NCBI RefSeq assembly: GCF_006345805.1
Contig: NC_043010.1
Coordinates: forward strand, 60,202,001 to 60,266,000
Length of the DNA: 64,000 bases
Source: Octopus sinensis
Lineage: Eukaryota
Reading direction: 5' to 3'
Within the stretch, counting starts at the first letter, position 1. Every line of letters begins with the position of its first letter. Under the pieces are notes generated by a model. It ran no database searches, was not told where the DNA came from, and was given only the letters and a program-made list of their open reading frames with translations. This document shows, one piece after another, positions 26,731-38,189 of this stretch. The position numbers and the translations under genes are program-made.

Positions 26731-28200
26731 CTCCTCCTCAAATAAAGGCATTACTTAACTGGATCTGTAAATAACATATCCTTTCATCATTTCTTTATTA
26801 TCTGATACCTCAAATGCGATAGAATCAAAACTACTTTTAAATTTTTGACATAAATAATAAAACGTTAAATCGGTAGTCTATTTAGAAGGCCGATTGTTTT
26901 GGTTGATCAGAGTGACCATTGGTTTCACAACTATAAAGTGTCTAGCTGTATAAGGCAACTTATCAGACTCAATTGGCTTAGAAGCACATAACAATGGCAG
27001 TGATGCCAGCAACAACTCTAGTGGTAGCAGCAATAACAGCTTCAACACCAGCACTGGACCCTAATACAAGTTTGGCATACTCTCTCTTCTTTTCACATGT
27101 GTGCACACGTACACACACACGCAAACACACACAAACATACACCCACAAACTTGTAACCCAAATAGAACTTAAAACATTTAATGGCAATTTTTATAAGACT
27201 TTCCAGTGAAATCATAAATCTTGATGTTCATTCCCAAAACCAAAAAACTATTTCTGATCCTTTCCTAATGAAAATATAACTGATACACTGACAAGACTAG
27301 GATTCTGAACTAAAATAGAGAATAGCAGTTCACACACTATGGTTTTCTTGAGGTGGGGCACTAATGGATAAATTATTGATTATAAATAATCATCTGAAAA
27401 GAAAAAGACTGTTCCATTGATAATATCTAATTAATCTTCCATTACCAAACTGTAAAAATATCTAATCAATAAAAGTTTCACCCCAACTCTTTGGTATTGA
27501 TCCATGATTATTCATTTGACTGACTCACAAAACTCTCTGAAAAAAGTTGTCATTGAAACTTGTGGTTAAGTTGTAGAAACAATTAATGAAATCCTACTAT
27601 TGTAATGAAATATTTTTAATTAAAGCTTTCTTCTCCATTAGTAGTACATATGTATATACAATACCGCTTCTCATATTTACTGAGACTACTATGTACGGTT
27701 TTAATGAGCCAAGTGTGTATACACACAATCACTGATATATATATAACTATATATGTATATAAGTGCATGTGTGTGTGTATACCTGTAAAATGATAAACCT
27801 ATAGAGATACAATAACATAAGGGGTTGGAGATGGAAGGTGTGTGTGTTTGCACGCAGGGGTGAGTATTTATATGTTGAAGACAAAGCAAGGAACAAATTA
27901 CACTGCATGTAGATATTTTCGCCAAATTTAATTAACTCTGAGAAAATACCCAGAGAAAATAATGAGGATTAAAACATTAACTTCAAAAAGGTTTTAGACA
28001 TTTTCAACTACATTAAAAATAAAGAGATGATGGGGGGTGGGGAGTGTAAAATGGTAGAAAATACCTTCAAATTATTTAATAATTACATTTTCTATTGACA
28101 TTTTCAGGATAGCATAAGATTCTTTGGATAAAATAAAAAATTAAATAAACGTTTTTATTGACGTCATAAATACTTCAACAAGATGTTTCTTTTATGACAA

Positions 28201-29687
28201 TGGAAGACTTCCGCCCGTCCCGTCCCCACCCATTTTCTCCCTAATTTGTTTATTAAAAAAACATTTTTTTGCCAAAAACCTCCGTTTTCGGATACGGAAG
28301 TTCCGGAAAATTGCCAAAAATCGGCATTGTTAAATTCCACCAAAACCCAAATTCTTCAATTTTGACTTTTTTCCCCAACACTTAACCATAACCCTAGCCC
28401 TAAAACCCTAACTACAGATAAGGGCATAGTTTCGGTTGTAGTAGCACAGATTTCCGTCGATTTCCGTAAAAAACTTTTATTTTTTTACATAAGTAATGAG
28501 AGCGAAAGAGACTAAGAGGAAGCGATTTTACGACGAGAAGGTTTCTCTTTGAAGTCGGCCTGTGTGTGTTTGATGGGGTGTGGGAGACAGACAGTATGTT
28601 GTGTAAGTGAAGTGCTTCTGTTAGTGTGTGTGAAGAGACAGACATACATATACACATACACCGAGTAAAAAATTACTATGAATCGGCCATACATACATAC
28701 ATACACACACACACATACATAGATACATACACACACACACATACATACATACATACATACATACACACACACATACTTACACACACACACACACACATAG
28801 ATACATACACACACACACATACATGCAGACATACATATACACATACACCGAGTAAAAAATTACACTGAATCGACCATACATACATACACACATACATACA
28901 TACACATACACACATACATAGATACATAACATACACACACACACATACATGCAGACATACATATACACATACACCGAGTAAAAAATTACGATGAATCGGC
29001 CATACATACATACATACACACACACATACTTACACACACACACATACATAGATACATACACACACATACATGCATACATACATATACACATACACCGAGT
29101 AAAATTTCAGTTATCTCTCTCTTTCACACATTACTCTCTCTGTCTCTTCGCACACACTAACAGAAGCACTTCACTTACACAACATACTGTCTGTCTCCCA
29201 CACCCCATCAAACACACACAGGCCGACTTCAAAGAGAAACCTTCTCGTCATAAAATCGCTTCCTCTTAGTCTCTTTCGCTCTCATTACTTATGTAAAAAA
29301 ATAAAAGTTTTTTACGGAAATCGACGGAAATCTGTGCTACGACATGCGAAACTTCGCCCAGATAAGTTTTGAAATTTTTGTCCGAATCATAATGTCCGTA
29401 TTTTTCCGCATATTTAGGAAAAAATATTCTTAAAAAAAACATTTTACAAAACTTTTTGGAAATTTTATTCAGAATCATAATCTCAGTATTTTTCCCGCGT
29501 ATTTTGAAAAAAGAAATTCTGAAAAAAAGTAGAAAATGAAAGAAATTGGGGTGGGAGTGATAATTTAAAAATGCCGATTTTTGCCAATTCTTTTGCAGAT
29601 TCGTATTCTTCGTAGCCAAAAGGCGGGGGTCGAAAATTTTTTTTAAAAGGGTAGTTTTGTGGGGGGACGGGGGGGGGAGTCTTGCCC
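28201..29687. repeat. Foldback-like two-tier inverted repeat with a tandem-repeat loop
   Basis: Inner arms 28441-28642 and 29139-29340 (202 bp, 2 mismatches counted). Diverged outer arms about 28201-28375 and 29520-29687. The loop has 4 copies of catacatatacacatacaccgagtaaaa. Confidence 0.9.
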
Positions 29688-29863
29688 AAGTAATATTTGA
29701 CACCAGTGACATCACACCTCTGAGTCAACTGATGCTCAAGAACACAACAAAGAACCCAATTCAGGAATCGAATTCACTACCTCATGATTGTGAGCCTGAC
29801 ACTGTATACACTGAGCCATGCGCCTTCACTATATATAGATAGATATACATATATACACACACA

Positions 29864-31520
29864 CTAGCAGAGATACCGGGTGTTGCTTGGGATTAAAATG
29901 GCATAGTTTGTATATAATATATTACAGTTATGTTGAAACATGTGATATGGGAAAATGCAGCATTGACAACGAAACATTTGTGGAGTAAATGATGGGCTAA
30001 TTCGACTAAGCAACATGCTATGAGTCCATTTAGGGTATTTCAGGCCCCAACCTGTGGGGGTTATGTGATTTTTGAATGCACCGAGAAGCTGTCAGTGGAT
30101 ATCTCTCTTTTGCAGCAGTCGGCGCTGTGTCTAACACGACCCATCATCTAAAATTTTAACACCTCCTTCGGGTTTGTTGCCCTACATCACTCATAAAGTA
30201 AATTTAGAGGAACTGTGGTTGTTCATTTGTGGGTAACAGGGAACCGATGAGGTGATAGACTTGCCCTTAACTTTGACGTAAATTCAAGTATCTTCTTAGA
30301 TGCAGTAAACGATGTCATTTGAAATGCAGAGTTGTATTGTCTGATATTATTCAGAAAATCCTTTGACTGGATGGAAGTGCCTTCTAGAAGATCCGTAAGA
30401 GGTTGAGAAGGAGCTGGTAGTACTGGCAATGTTATCTGACCGCCCGAGCAGCACATACCATTTGCTTCATTCGAAAGTTTTAAAGCTCTACAGAAACGAC
30501 AATTTCTGTTTAGCACACCAATTTGGACAGAGTTATCATTTTTATAAGAATGGGATGGATCTTATCTGAAAACAGCTTCAGGAGTTGTGAAGAACGAATT
30601 TGTACATAGTGTTTCTAAGAGCTATTCTACTGGACCTCTGTCTAATCATTAAAACATTGATTTAATGACCCAGCATTAAGTGCTGCAACATGCATCTGCT
30701 GATGTTGAGAAAATCTCATCTCGCTTCTCTCTTCAGACTCCCGCCTTCGGTTTCCTACAATCCTCCTTGCTTTATGGAGAGATTTCGTCCTTTCTTTGGT
30801 GGCCTATTTTTCCCAATATTGTAAGCAATAAATTATGAACATAGAAAGAAATTATACATTAATCCCTATTTTTGTAAGCAGTTGTATGAATGTAGTATGT
30901 TTTTATTTTTGCATACAGTATAAATTAACCAAATAGCACATGTATGAACTGCTAATTATTATAAATAAATTTCTTTATATATAGATAGATATAAATGTTA
31001 ATTTAAGGGTTAATATGTAACTGTAAATACCTTGCAACTGCTGCGATAATTATTAACTGGTAATTGAACGGTAAATGTGTATTTTTATATACCTTGGACT
31101 TGCCACCTCAATGTTTTTTGTCAAGAGTTTCACCTCCAGCCGTTCGTTATGTCAGTCAACAGACACTGACACACAATTTTGCCGAGGTGGCTCATTATGT
31201 AGTTTTCCCGCTCATTCCGTAAAAATTTGAAAGAAGAGAAAACGAAAAGGACAGAGTGAAAGATGTATGGACGTGTGTGTGTGAGAGAGAGAGTGAGTGA
31301 AGGTGATTGTCGTGATTGATGTCTTACACACATAGAAATTGTGACGTCAACCTATAAAATGTTTATAATAGTTGATTTATGGAAAAGATTGTATTGTTAA
31401 ATTTTTTGAAATGCAAATATGTGAATGGAAATTAAATTAAATTTGTAGCCGAAATAGTACTGAATCTTTTGATACCCCATACGTCGAAATCGGTAACTCG
31501 GTTTCGGAATGCATAAGGAA
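29864..31520 (-). mobile_element. Internally deleted Helitron (RepHel N-terminus joined to a Pif1-helicase C-terminal remnant, 3' hairpin and CTAG)
   Basis: Minus-strand 3' end CCCAAGCAACACCCGG-tatctctg-CTAG|T at 29864. Degenerate helicase motifs (YPL..IQKSH, G..VA.SR) at about 29990-30110. Rep N-terminal peptides upstream. Confidence 0.85.
30223..30805 (-). pseudogene. Helitron RepHel N-terminal remnant
   Basis: PPKKRT..RRRESEER, then AVFR*DP..VQIGVLNRNCRFCRALK..EANGMCCSGGQITLP..LLEG..SKDFLNNIRQYNSAFQMTSF, the typical Helitron C..C..GMCC and YNSAFQMTSF block. Confidence 0.9.
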
Positions 31521-32017
31521 TATAGCCGCTGTTGAGCGCTCTTTTCGTTTTCAGCAGCCTCAGAAGCAACACGTATTTGTTCGTCTCCCCGTGGCCTTTA
31601 GGCACAACTTCACAAGCCAGCCCCTACTCAAATCGTCCTGTCGAAAGACCCTTGTCCTACGTCCTGGTTTTGTTTTGTTGTTTATTTTTTATTTTTACCG
31701 TTATTGTTTTTACGTTTTTGTATTCTTATTGGTGTCACGTATTCTGTATTTTTGTTTGTGTACTTCGATCGTTTTCCGTCCTTTCGTTGTATACATTCGA
31801 AGCTTTCTTCCAGGGGATCTAATGCGCTTGGCTTAGATTTCCCTTGGCGGGCTGGCCATATCGGAGCAATCTCAAGATTAATCAGCCGAAATTGCTAAGA
31901 TGATCTGGTTCTTGACTGATGACTGAGGGCTTCGAATGTCCCGTCCTGTGGTTCTTGTGTCGTCTCTGTGGTGTTTCATGTTCTTGTCCATGTCTGTATT
32001 TAATTTTACTGTTTACC

Positions 32018-32080
<63 letters not shown>

Positions 32081-32082
32081 TA

Positions 32083-32587
32083 CATGGAAAAATGCGAGCA
32101 GGAGAAGTAATATTCTTAAGATTATAAACCTGGAAAAGTATAGGGCAAGTTATTACACATGGAAAAGTATAGGACAAGCCATTACTTCTAGTAAAGTAAG
32201 GAATAAGAAACTTTTTAATTAAAATATTGCAGCAAAGAATGCCAATTCTTCTAATTTATCACTCTTTACAGTTCTCATATTTTAAATTTATTGTACAAAG
32301 TTCAGCTAATTTGTAAGTTTGTCTAATTAGTCACTTTTTTCTGTATTTAAGGTAGTAAATTATCCAAATTCTACTTTATTAAGTAAAGTGTTATTTGTAA
32401 ACTATAATAAAATAAGTTTTAATATTCAAATTTTAATTTTAGCTGCAATATTTTAAGTAAAATGCTTCTTATTCTTTACTAGAAGTAATAGCTTGCCCTA
32501 TACCTTTACAGGTGTAATAACTAGTCCTCTACTTTTCCAGGTTTATAATCTTAAGAATATTACTTTTCATGCTCGCATTTTTCCATG
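32083..32587. mobile_element. MITE with ~150 bp TIRs and a TTA target-site duplication (PIF/Harbinger-type TSD)
   Basis: TTA|CATGGAAAAATGCGAGCA... and ...TGCTCGCATTTTTCCATG|TTA. Arms 32083-32233 and 32442-32587. Confidence 0.85.
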
Positions 32588-33439
32588 TTATACATGATTT
32601 TTCCTGGCATTGCTATTATAAGATAATTAATAATTTAAGATTTTACGTTATAAAGTACTGAAAGATATTTCAATTTTTCCATGTAAGTGATGATAATATT
32701 TCAATTTTTTTCATGTTTAATTTAGATATATGTTGTGATTGAATTATTTGATATTACCCATCCCCACCAAATTAATGGCAGGGATTTTTACCGTGTTGTT
32801 GGTTGCATCATGGCTCACCAAAAGTTACAAACAAGACCCCAAAACCATCAGTTACCAGGCTCACCTTAAGTAACCTAATTTTGCAATATTTGGAGGTCAC
32901 AGAAATACATTCAACGAAGAAAATTTTCCAGTGATTCCGGGAAAAATGGATTTGCAGCATATTAGGAGGGCATGGTACTTGGTTCCACGCAAAAAATCAT
33001 ATCTTTTGTTGTTTTTTCTTTTCTTAGTGAAAATCGTGAAAATATAGAAATTTCCCATAATGTTGTTATTTAGCCTCAAATCCACCCTGATACTGCAAAG
33101 CTATCGTCAAAGACATTCCAGCCGTCTTTTTAAGGATAATCTAGGACATTACATACAATGGGCACGTGATTCAGGTAGGGGATAGTTTGGCTGCTACTTT
33201 TAGCGTGTCGCGAGACCAGGTAGAGTCTCTTTCATTGGTTCAATTGCGTGATGAGATTTCTTTTACACATATATGTAATATGTATATATATCATCAGCAG
33301 ACGTTTGAGAGTAAGTCAAAAGCTGAGAGTTTCGTGTATTGGCACTTACCAAACACGAATTTGTCCATTGTCACTCTGTAACTTCTGACTAAATAACTTC
33401 TAAAATACAAAATTTTGTCAAAAACGTCAAGAGTAACTC

Positions 33440-33950
33440 CTGTTCTATGCGACACATTCTACCAGTATCGGAAGTTTGAAAGTGTTTAGTTAAAAGAAAA
33501 TTAATGAAATAATTTGTATGTCTAATTGAATAAATCCGAAATGGAAGAAAAGCAAAGTCGACCTCGGAATAGGGGTGGGGGAAGGGTATCTTTTCTTCTT
33601 CGCAAATGTAAATAAACCCAATCTGCTTCTTAAATGAGGGACATATTCATACAGCACGGAATGTTTTTACCCCAAATGGACTCCAGCGATTGGTTAAAAT
33701 TGCCGAAATGCTCGATTTTAAAGTGGAAATATCTTACAAACTATAGCATTTTCTCAATAAAGCCAAGAAAAAATGATGTTTTATAAACACATTCTACCAG
33801 TATACGAAGTTTAAGAGTGTTTAGTTAACTAGAAATTGTTTTGACATATGCCGTTCAAAAGGAAAAGATCCCCCTGTTCTATGTGACACACTCTACCAGT
33901 ATCGGAAGTTTGAAAATGTTTAGTTAAAAAAAAGAATTTTTAATCTGTAC
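33440..33950 (+). repeat. Non-autonomous DNA-element fragments with a repeated ~50 bp module
   Basis: cacattctaccagtat.gaagttt.a.a.tgtttagttaa recurs at about 33453, 33789 and 33887, with a related copy near 44360. Confidence 0.6.
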
Positions 33951-34052
33951 GTCAAAGTTGACCTCGGCGAAATTTGAACTCAAAAAGTAAAGACAGATGA
34001 AATACTATTAAGCATTTCGTCCAGAGCGATAACATTTCTGCCAGCTCACTGC
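33950..34052 (-). mobile_element. tRNA-derived SINE head (family D)
   Basis: Matches 45705-45808 (gacctcggcg.aatt.gaactca..gacaga.gaaatac..taagcatttcg). Confidence 0.7.
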
Positions 34053-34739
34053 TTTAGAAAATAAATATTCATTTTAGAAATATATTCTTTATTGTTATTG
34101 CTTAAGCGTTACTTCCTTACTTTCTGACATTAAATTTCATATTTACTTCATAACTGTTTTTCTACCAATTTTTGTTCAATTTGACTAAAAACTCTGAATT
34201 TTTCTGTCATTTAAGCCTGAGAAAAGTATACTTTTAATTAAAAATTTATGTTAATTAAGGATGAATATCTGCATTACTGCCCCATTTGAAGTTGCAGATA
34301 TTTTGATGCAACTTTTTTTTCTACTGAACCAAATCTCAAACGATTTATGCCAAAGTGTAGCTGAGGAGGTGTCCTCTTTAAAACTATTAACAGTTTGCAA
34401 TTTCGTTGAGAACTGAAGCTAGGAAGCTGCTGCAATTGACGAAATGGTGGACTTAAGAATATATTCAACCACTACCATGGTTTTCAAAGTGAAAGTATTA
34501 TCTCACATTACAATACAGACGTAATACTGAAATAGTGTAAGAGATAAGCGATTGCTCTGGGCATGCATTACGCAAGAAGTTGGAAATTTTTTTGGCCCAT
34601 GACACTGCATAGACCATAACTTTTGTATTTGATGATTGTTGCTTTAAGTATTCTATTTTGATTTTCACTGACATAGTGATAAGAACAACGAGATACATAA
34701 CAGTAGTTTCGAATAAAAATAGAAGTTTTAATCATCTGA

Positions 34740-35117
34740 TGGACAGGCAAACATTACAAAATTAGCGATTCTCACTTTGAAACTGACAATTCTGAAAATC
34801 TTTTTAGATTATGAAATGCTCCACTCTCCCATGTATCCATGTTTAAAATTTCAGCACGATTGGATGAACAATGGCAGAAGAAACCGAACAAAAAGATTAC
34901 AAAAATAGCAATTCTCACTTTGAAGCTGATAATTTTGAAAATCTTTTTACTTTACAGAACGTCCCACTCTCTTATGTATCCATGTTTAAAATTTCAGTGC
35001 GATCAGATGAACAATACCTGAGTTATAAGCACACAAACATACATACAGAAAGGGATTTATATATTAGAGAGTTATTAGCACACAAACAGACAGACAGAAA
35101 GAGGTTTATATATTAGA
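34740..35117 (-). mobile_element. Helitron-type 5' end (duplicated TCTAATATATAAA) followed by 143 bp tandem units
   Basis: Minus-strand TCTAATATATAAA starts at 35117 and again near 35068, each followed by (TGTC/TGTA)n. gc.attctcactttg occurs at 34765 and 34908. Confidence 0.65.
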
Positions 35118-35424
35118 CTAGCAGTATTGCCCGGCGTTGCTCGGGTTTGTAAGGGAAATAACTATATAAGCATTTTTAGAGAGTTACTTCCCTTATATAA
35201 CCCAAGCAAAAATAATTAAAAATGCGGAAAAATGATGGTAAATTTTTTTTTAAATCATAGACTCATCGTAGACGTGCGCTAATACCCAGAAGGGCTCGAC
35301 ATGAATGACGACTGTAAGATACCCGCTTTTGGTTAAACTGCACCACAAAATGTGGGAGTAGTTAGGAATCTAAATCAGAGGAGACAGAGTCTCACATGCA
35401 CAACTTCAATTTTATATACAAAGA
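35118..35424 (-). mobile_element. Complete 307 bp non-autonomous Helitron
   Basis: A|TC start at 35424, 3' hairpin CCCGAGCAACGCCGGG, CTAG|T end at 35118. No TSD, as expected for Helitrons. Confidence 0.88.
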
Positions 35425-36111
35425 TTAACAGTTCTTTGGCTTTTTGCATTTGCCAACTGTTGCTTTAAGTTAGATAATTGTATTGAGCCCTCTACGTCTA
35501 GAGAGAGGAAAGAAGAGAGACAGCATAGTGATGGTTTTGGCTGACTGTCATCCTGTACTCCTCTTGTTGCCAGCGAAATGGTATGTGCAGGCTGTCTGAG
35601 CAACTCATTGCTTTTGATGAACAGCATGACGGAAGAAAATGGACAAAAAGATTACAAAAATAGCGATTATCAGTTTCAAAGTGAGAATCACTATTTTTGT
35701 AATCTTTTTGTCTGGATTCTTCTGCCATTGTTCATCCAATCGTGCTGAAATTTTAAACATGGATACATGGGAGAGTGGAGCATTTCATAATCTAACATTT
35801 TGAAAATCTTTTTAGATTACAGAATGCCCCACTCTCTTATGTATCCATGTTTAAAATTTCAAATAGATATATATTTGAAATAAGAAAAACAGAATGACTT
35901 CACTGGTTGTTCTAAGCAGTTTAATTTATCATTTTTTAATCTTTTAGTAATATAAATTTTACACTACAAACTAATGTGTTAAATCTATATTATTAAAAAA
36001 TTTAAAAAATAATAAATTAAACTGATTAGTACTAACAGTGAAGTCATTATTTTACTTTCTTCAAATATACCTAACTGTACTAAGGATCTTACACATTTTC
36101 CAATATATATG

Positions 36112-36207
<96 letters not shown>

Positions 36208-36299
36208 ACATATGTGTTTTTGTGTGTGTTGCAAAATATGTATGTTTTAAAGCATCTTTAGTTTTCGTCCATGTGTCTGGTTTCAAGTCCAATAGTCAA

Positions 36300-37507
36300 T
36301 AAATTGATCTTTCAGAAGAAGAACCAAGAAGTCAGATGTTGCCATAGGGTATGCCTTATGTACCATACTCTCCAGGTCCTGGACAAGCTCTAACTCTTAT
36401 GCAGATCTAAAATCATGCCTTGTACTCTTCACTCTGGTACATAGTGTCATATCTTCTCTGTAACACTTCAACTAGTGATGAATAACTGCTCTTGCGCTCC
36501 ACTGACAACTGGCTCAGCACCCTTTAGACTAGTAGCAAGCTGAACTGCTCTTTGCCTATTGTGGTCAGCCAACAGTTCAAACTGGATTCGGTAGGCCTCC
36601 CATGACATGTTGCCATCAAATTTGGTTTCTTAATGGGAACTCCACTGCAGCCTTCCACTTTGCTGGATCAGGATCTAAATATTGGAGCCTCATTGTATCC
36701 AAAACTACCTTCTGACCACTAGCAGGAACACCCACTCCTGAAAGAGCATCTTAGGAGGTTTGGTCATCTTCAAAATTCAGCACATTTTGTCCATCATTTC
36801 CACACACTCTCTGCACATCAGCCTGGGTTCAATAGTACAAAACTGTTCTACAGCCTCCATTCTCTCATTAAACATTTTCAACTGTTGGTCTACATGTTGC
36901 TTGCATCATGTAACATCATCACTCACCTCGCGTCTGTACTGCTGTAGTTCTTCAGTTACCTTCTTGGACTGTTATTGTTCCTCTTGCAATTGCTGTTGAT
37001 CCTTCTTCATTTTGCTCATGAATGTGCCCAGCTGTTCTGAAGACATGTGTGCTGTTCTTTCTGCTCTTCCTTAAACTCAGTCAGTTTATCACTTTGGTCT
37101 TGTAACATTTTAATTATTGCAGCCAGAGACAAATCTTCATTCCCTGCCTGATTCCTTGTGTGCACTCCTTCTGAATCCATGGAGAATAATTGGCTCACTG
37201 CCACTGCAGCAATCAAAATCCCAACTTCAAATGTTGCAAAACGCAGCCTCCTGACACCAACATGGCTCCAACAGTCAAGTCAGCAGCTGGAAAATCACAG
37301 GCCAGCCCAGGAAGCCAACTTGCTTAGAGTGGAAGAAGTAGTTGTACATGTCTGGATGTCTTGTGTAATGTATTTCTTCGTCGCCTGAGTTCACACTGAA
37401 TGTAATTTTTTGTTGCCCGACTTCACACTGGTTGTAGTTCCTTGTCGCCTGACTCCACACTGATTGTAGTTCCTCATTGCCCAAGTACACACCACCTGCT
37501 CACAACA
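36300..37507 (-). mobile_element. Decayed Gypsy LTR retrotransposon: 5' LTR, PBS-like site and gag remnant
   Basis: Minus-strand FDGNMSWEAYRIQFELLA..AVQLATSLKG..YSSLVEVLQRRY..LVQDLESMVHKAYP. PBS-like TGGTGTCAG at 37252-37260. Putative LTR about 37265-37507 starts TGTTGTG and carries three 32 bp repeats. Confidence 0.75.
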
Positions 37508-37989
37508 CAAACTGACTCTATGCATTCTCTCACCAATTTCAGTTGTCCAACCTCAAAGTAAAACTGCATGGAAAAAAGACATGCAGCATGCTTTAAATCA
37601 GTCACGTGATCATTAGAATGAATTATGGATCCATTCTTCATTTTCTTTTGTAGAAGTAGAGAACAGTATTCCAATTTCAAGTAGTACCATTTAGAATTAT
37701 ATTTATTAGAATGTTACTTCCATTTGCTACAGATGATTGACTTTATTCTCTCCTTTACAACAATATGCACATGTACATAGATGGGTGATATTAGAAAGGA
37801 AAGGTCTACCTCCAATTATTTTCAACCATTCTTATATAATGTGAGGAAGTCAAGTATCTTCTCTACAATAAGAAACCTGTTTTTGTCACTTCTTTCATAC
37901 TTTGCCTCTCAACACTTAGGAAAAGGCCATCTCCTTCTCTACTTTAGCTTCACACAATCAAGAGGAATCTTTAGTCATGCATCTTACAT

Positions 37990-38185
37990 GGTGACCTCGC
38001 TGGGTGCCTTTTTCATGGCACCCAGTACACTCTGAAAAGTGGTTGGTGTTAGGAAGGATATCCAGCCATAGAAACGATGCCAAAACATACGTTACTGCAT
38101 GATGCAGTCCTCTCATTCATCAGCTCTTATTGAAACAACCAACTCATGCCTGTATATGAAAGACGTCTGTTAAACGATGATAATC
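37990..38185 (+). mobile_element. RTE 3'-tail fragment
   Basis: cagtacactctgaaaagtggttggtgttaggaaggatatccagcc..gttaaacgatgataatc. Confidence 0.7.
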
Positions 38186-38189
38186 ATAG

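Noticed and set aside
28643-29100. Regularly spaced repeats with variable spacers, superficially CRISPR-like (also the 32 bp units at 37380-37475)
   Set aside because: Eukaryotic context, the spacers are microsatellite, and there are no cas genes.
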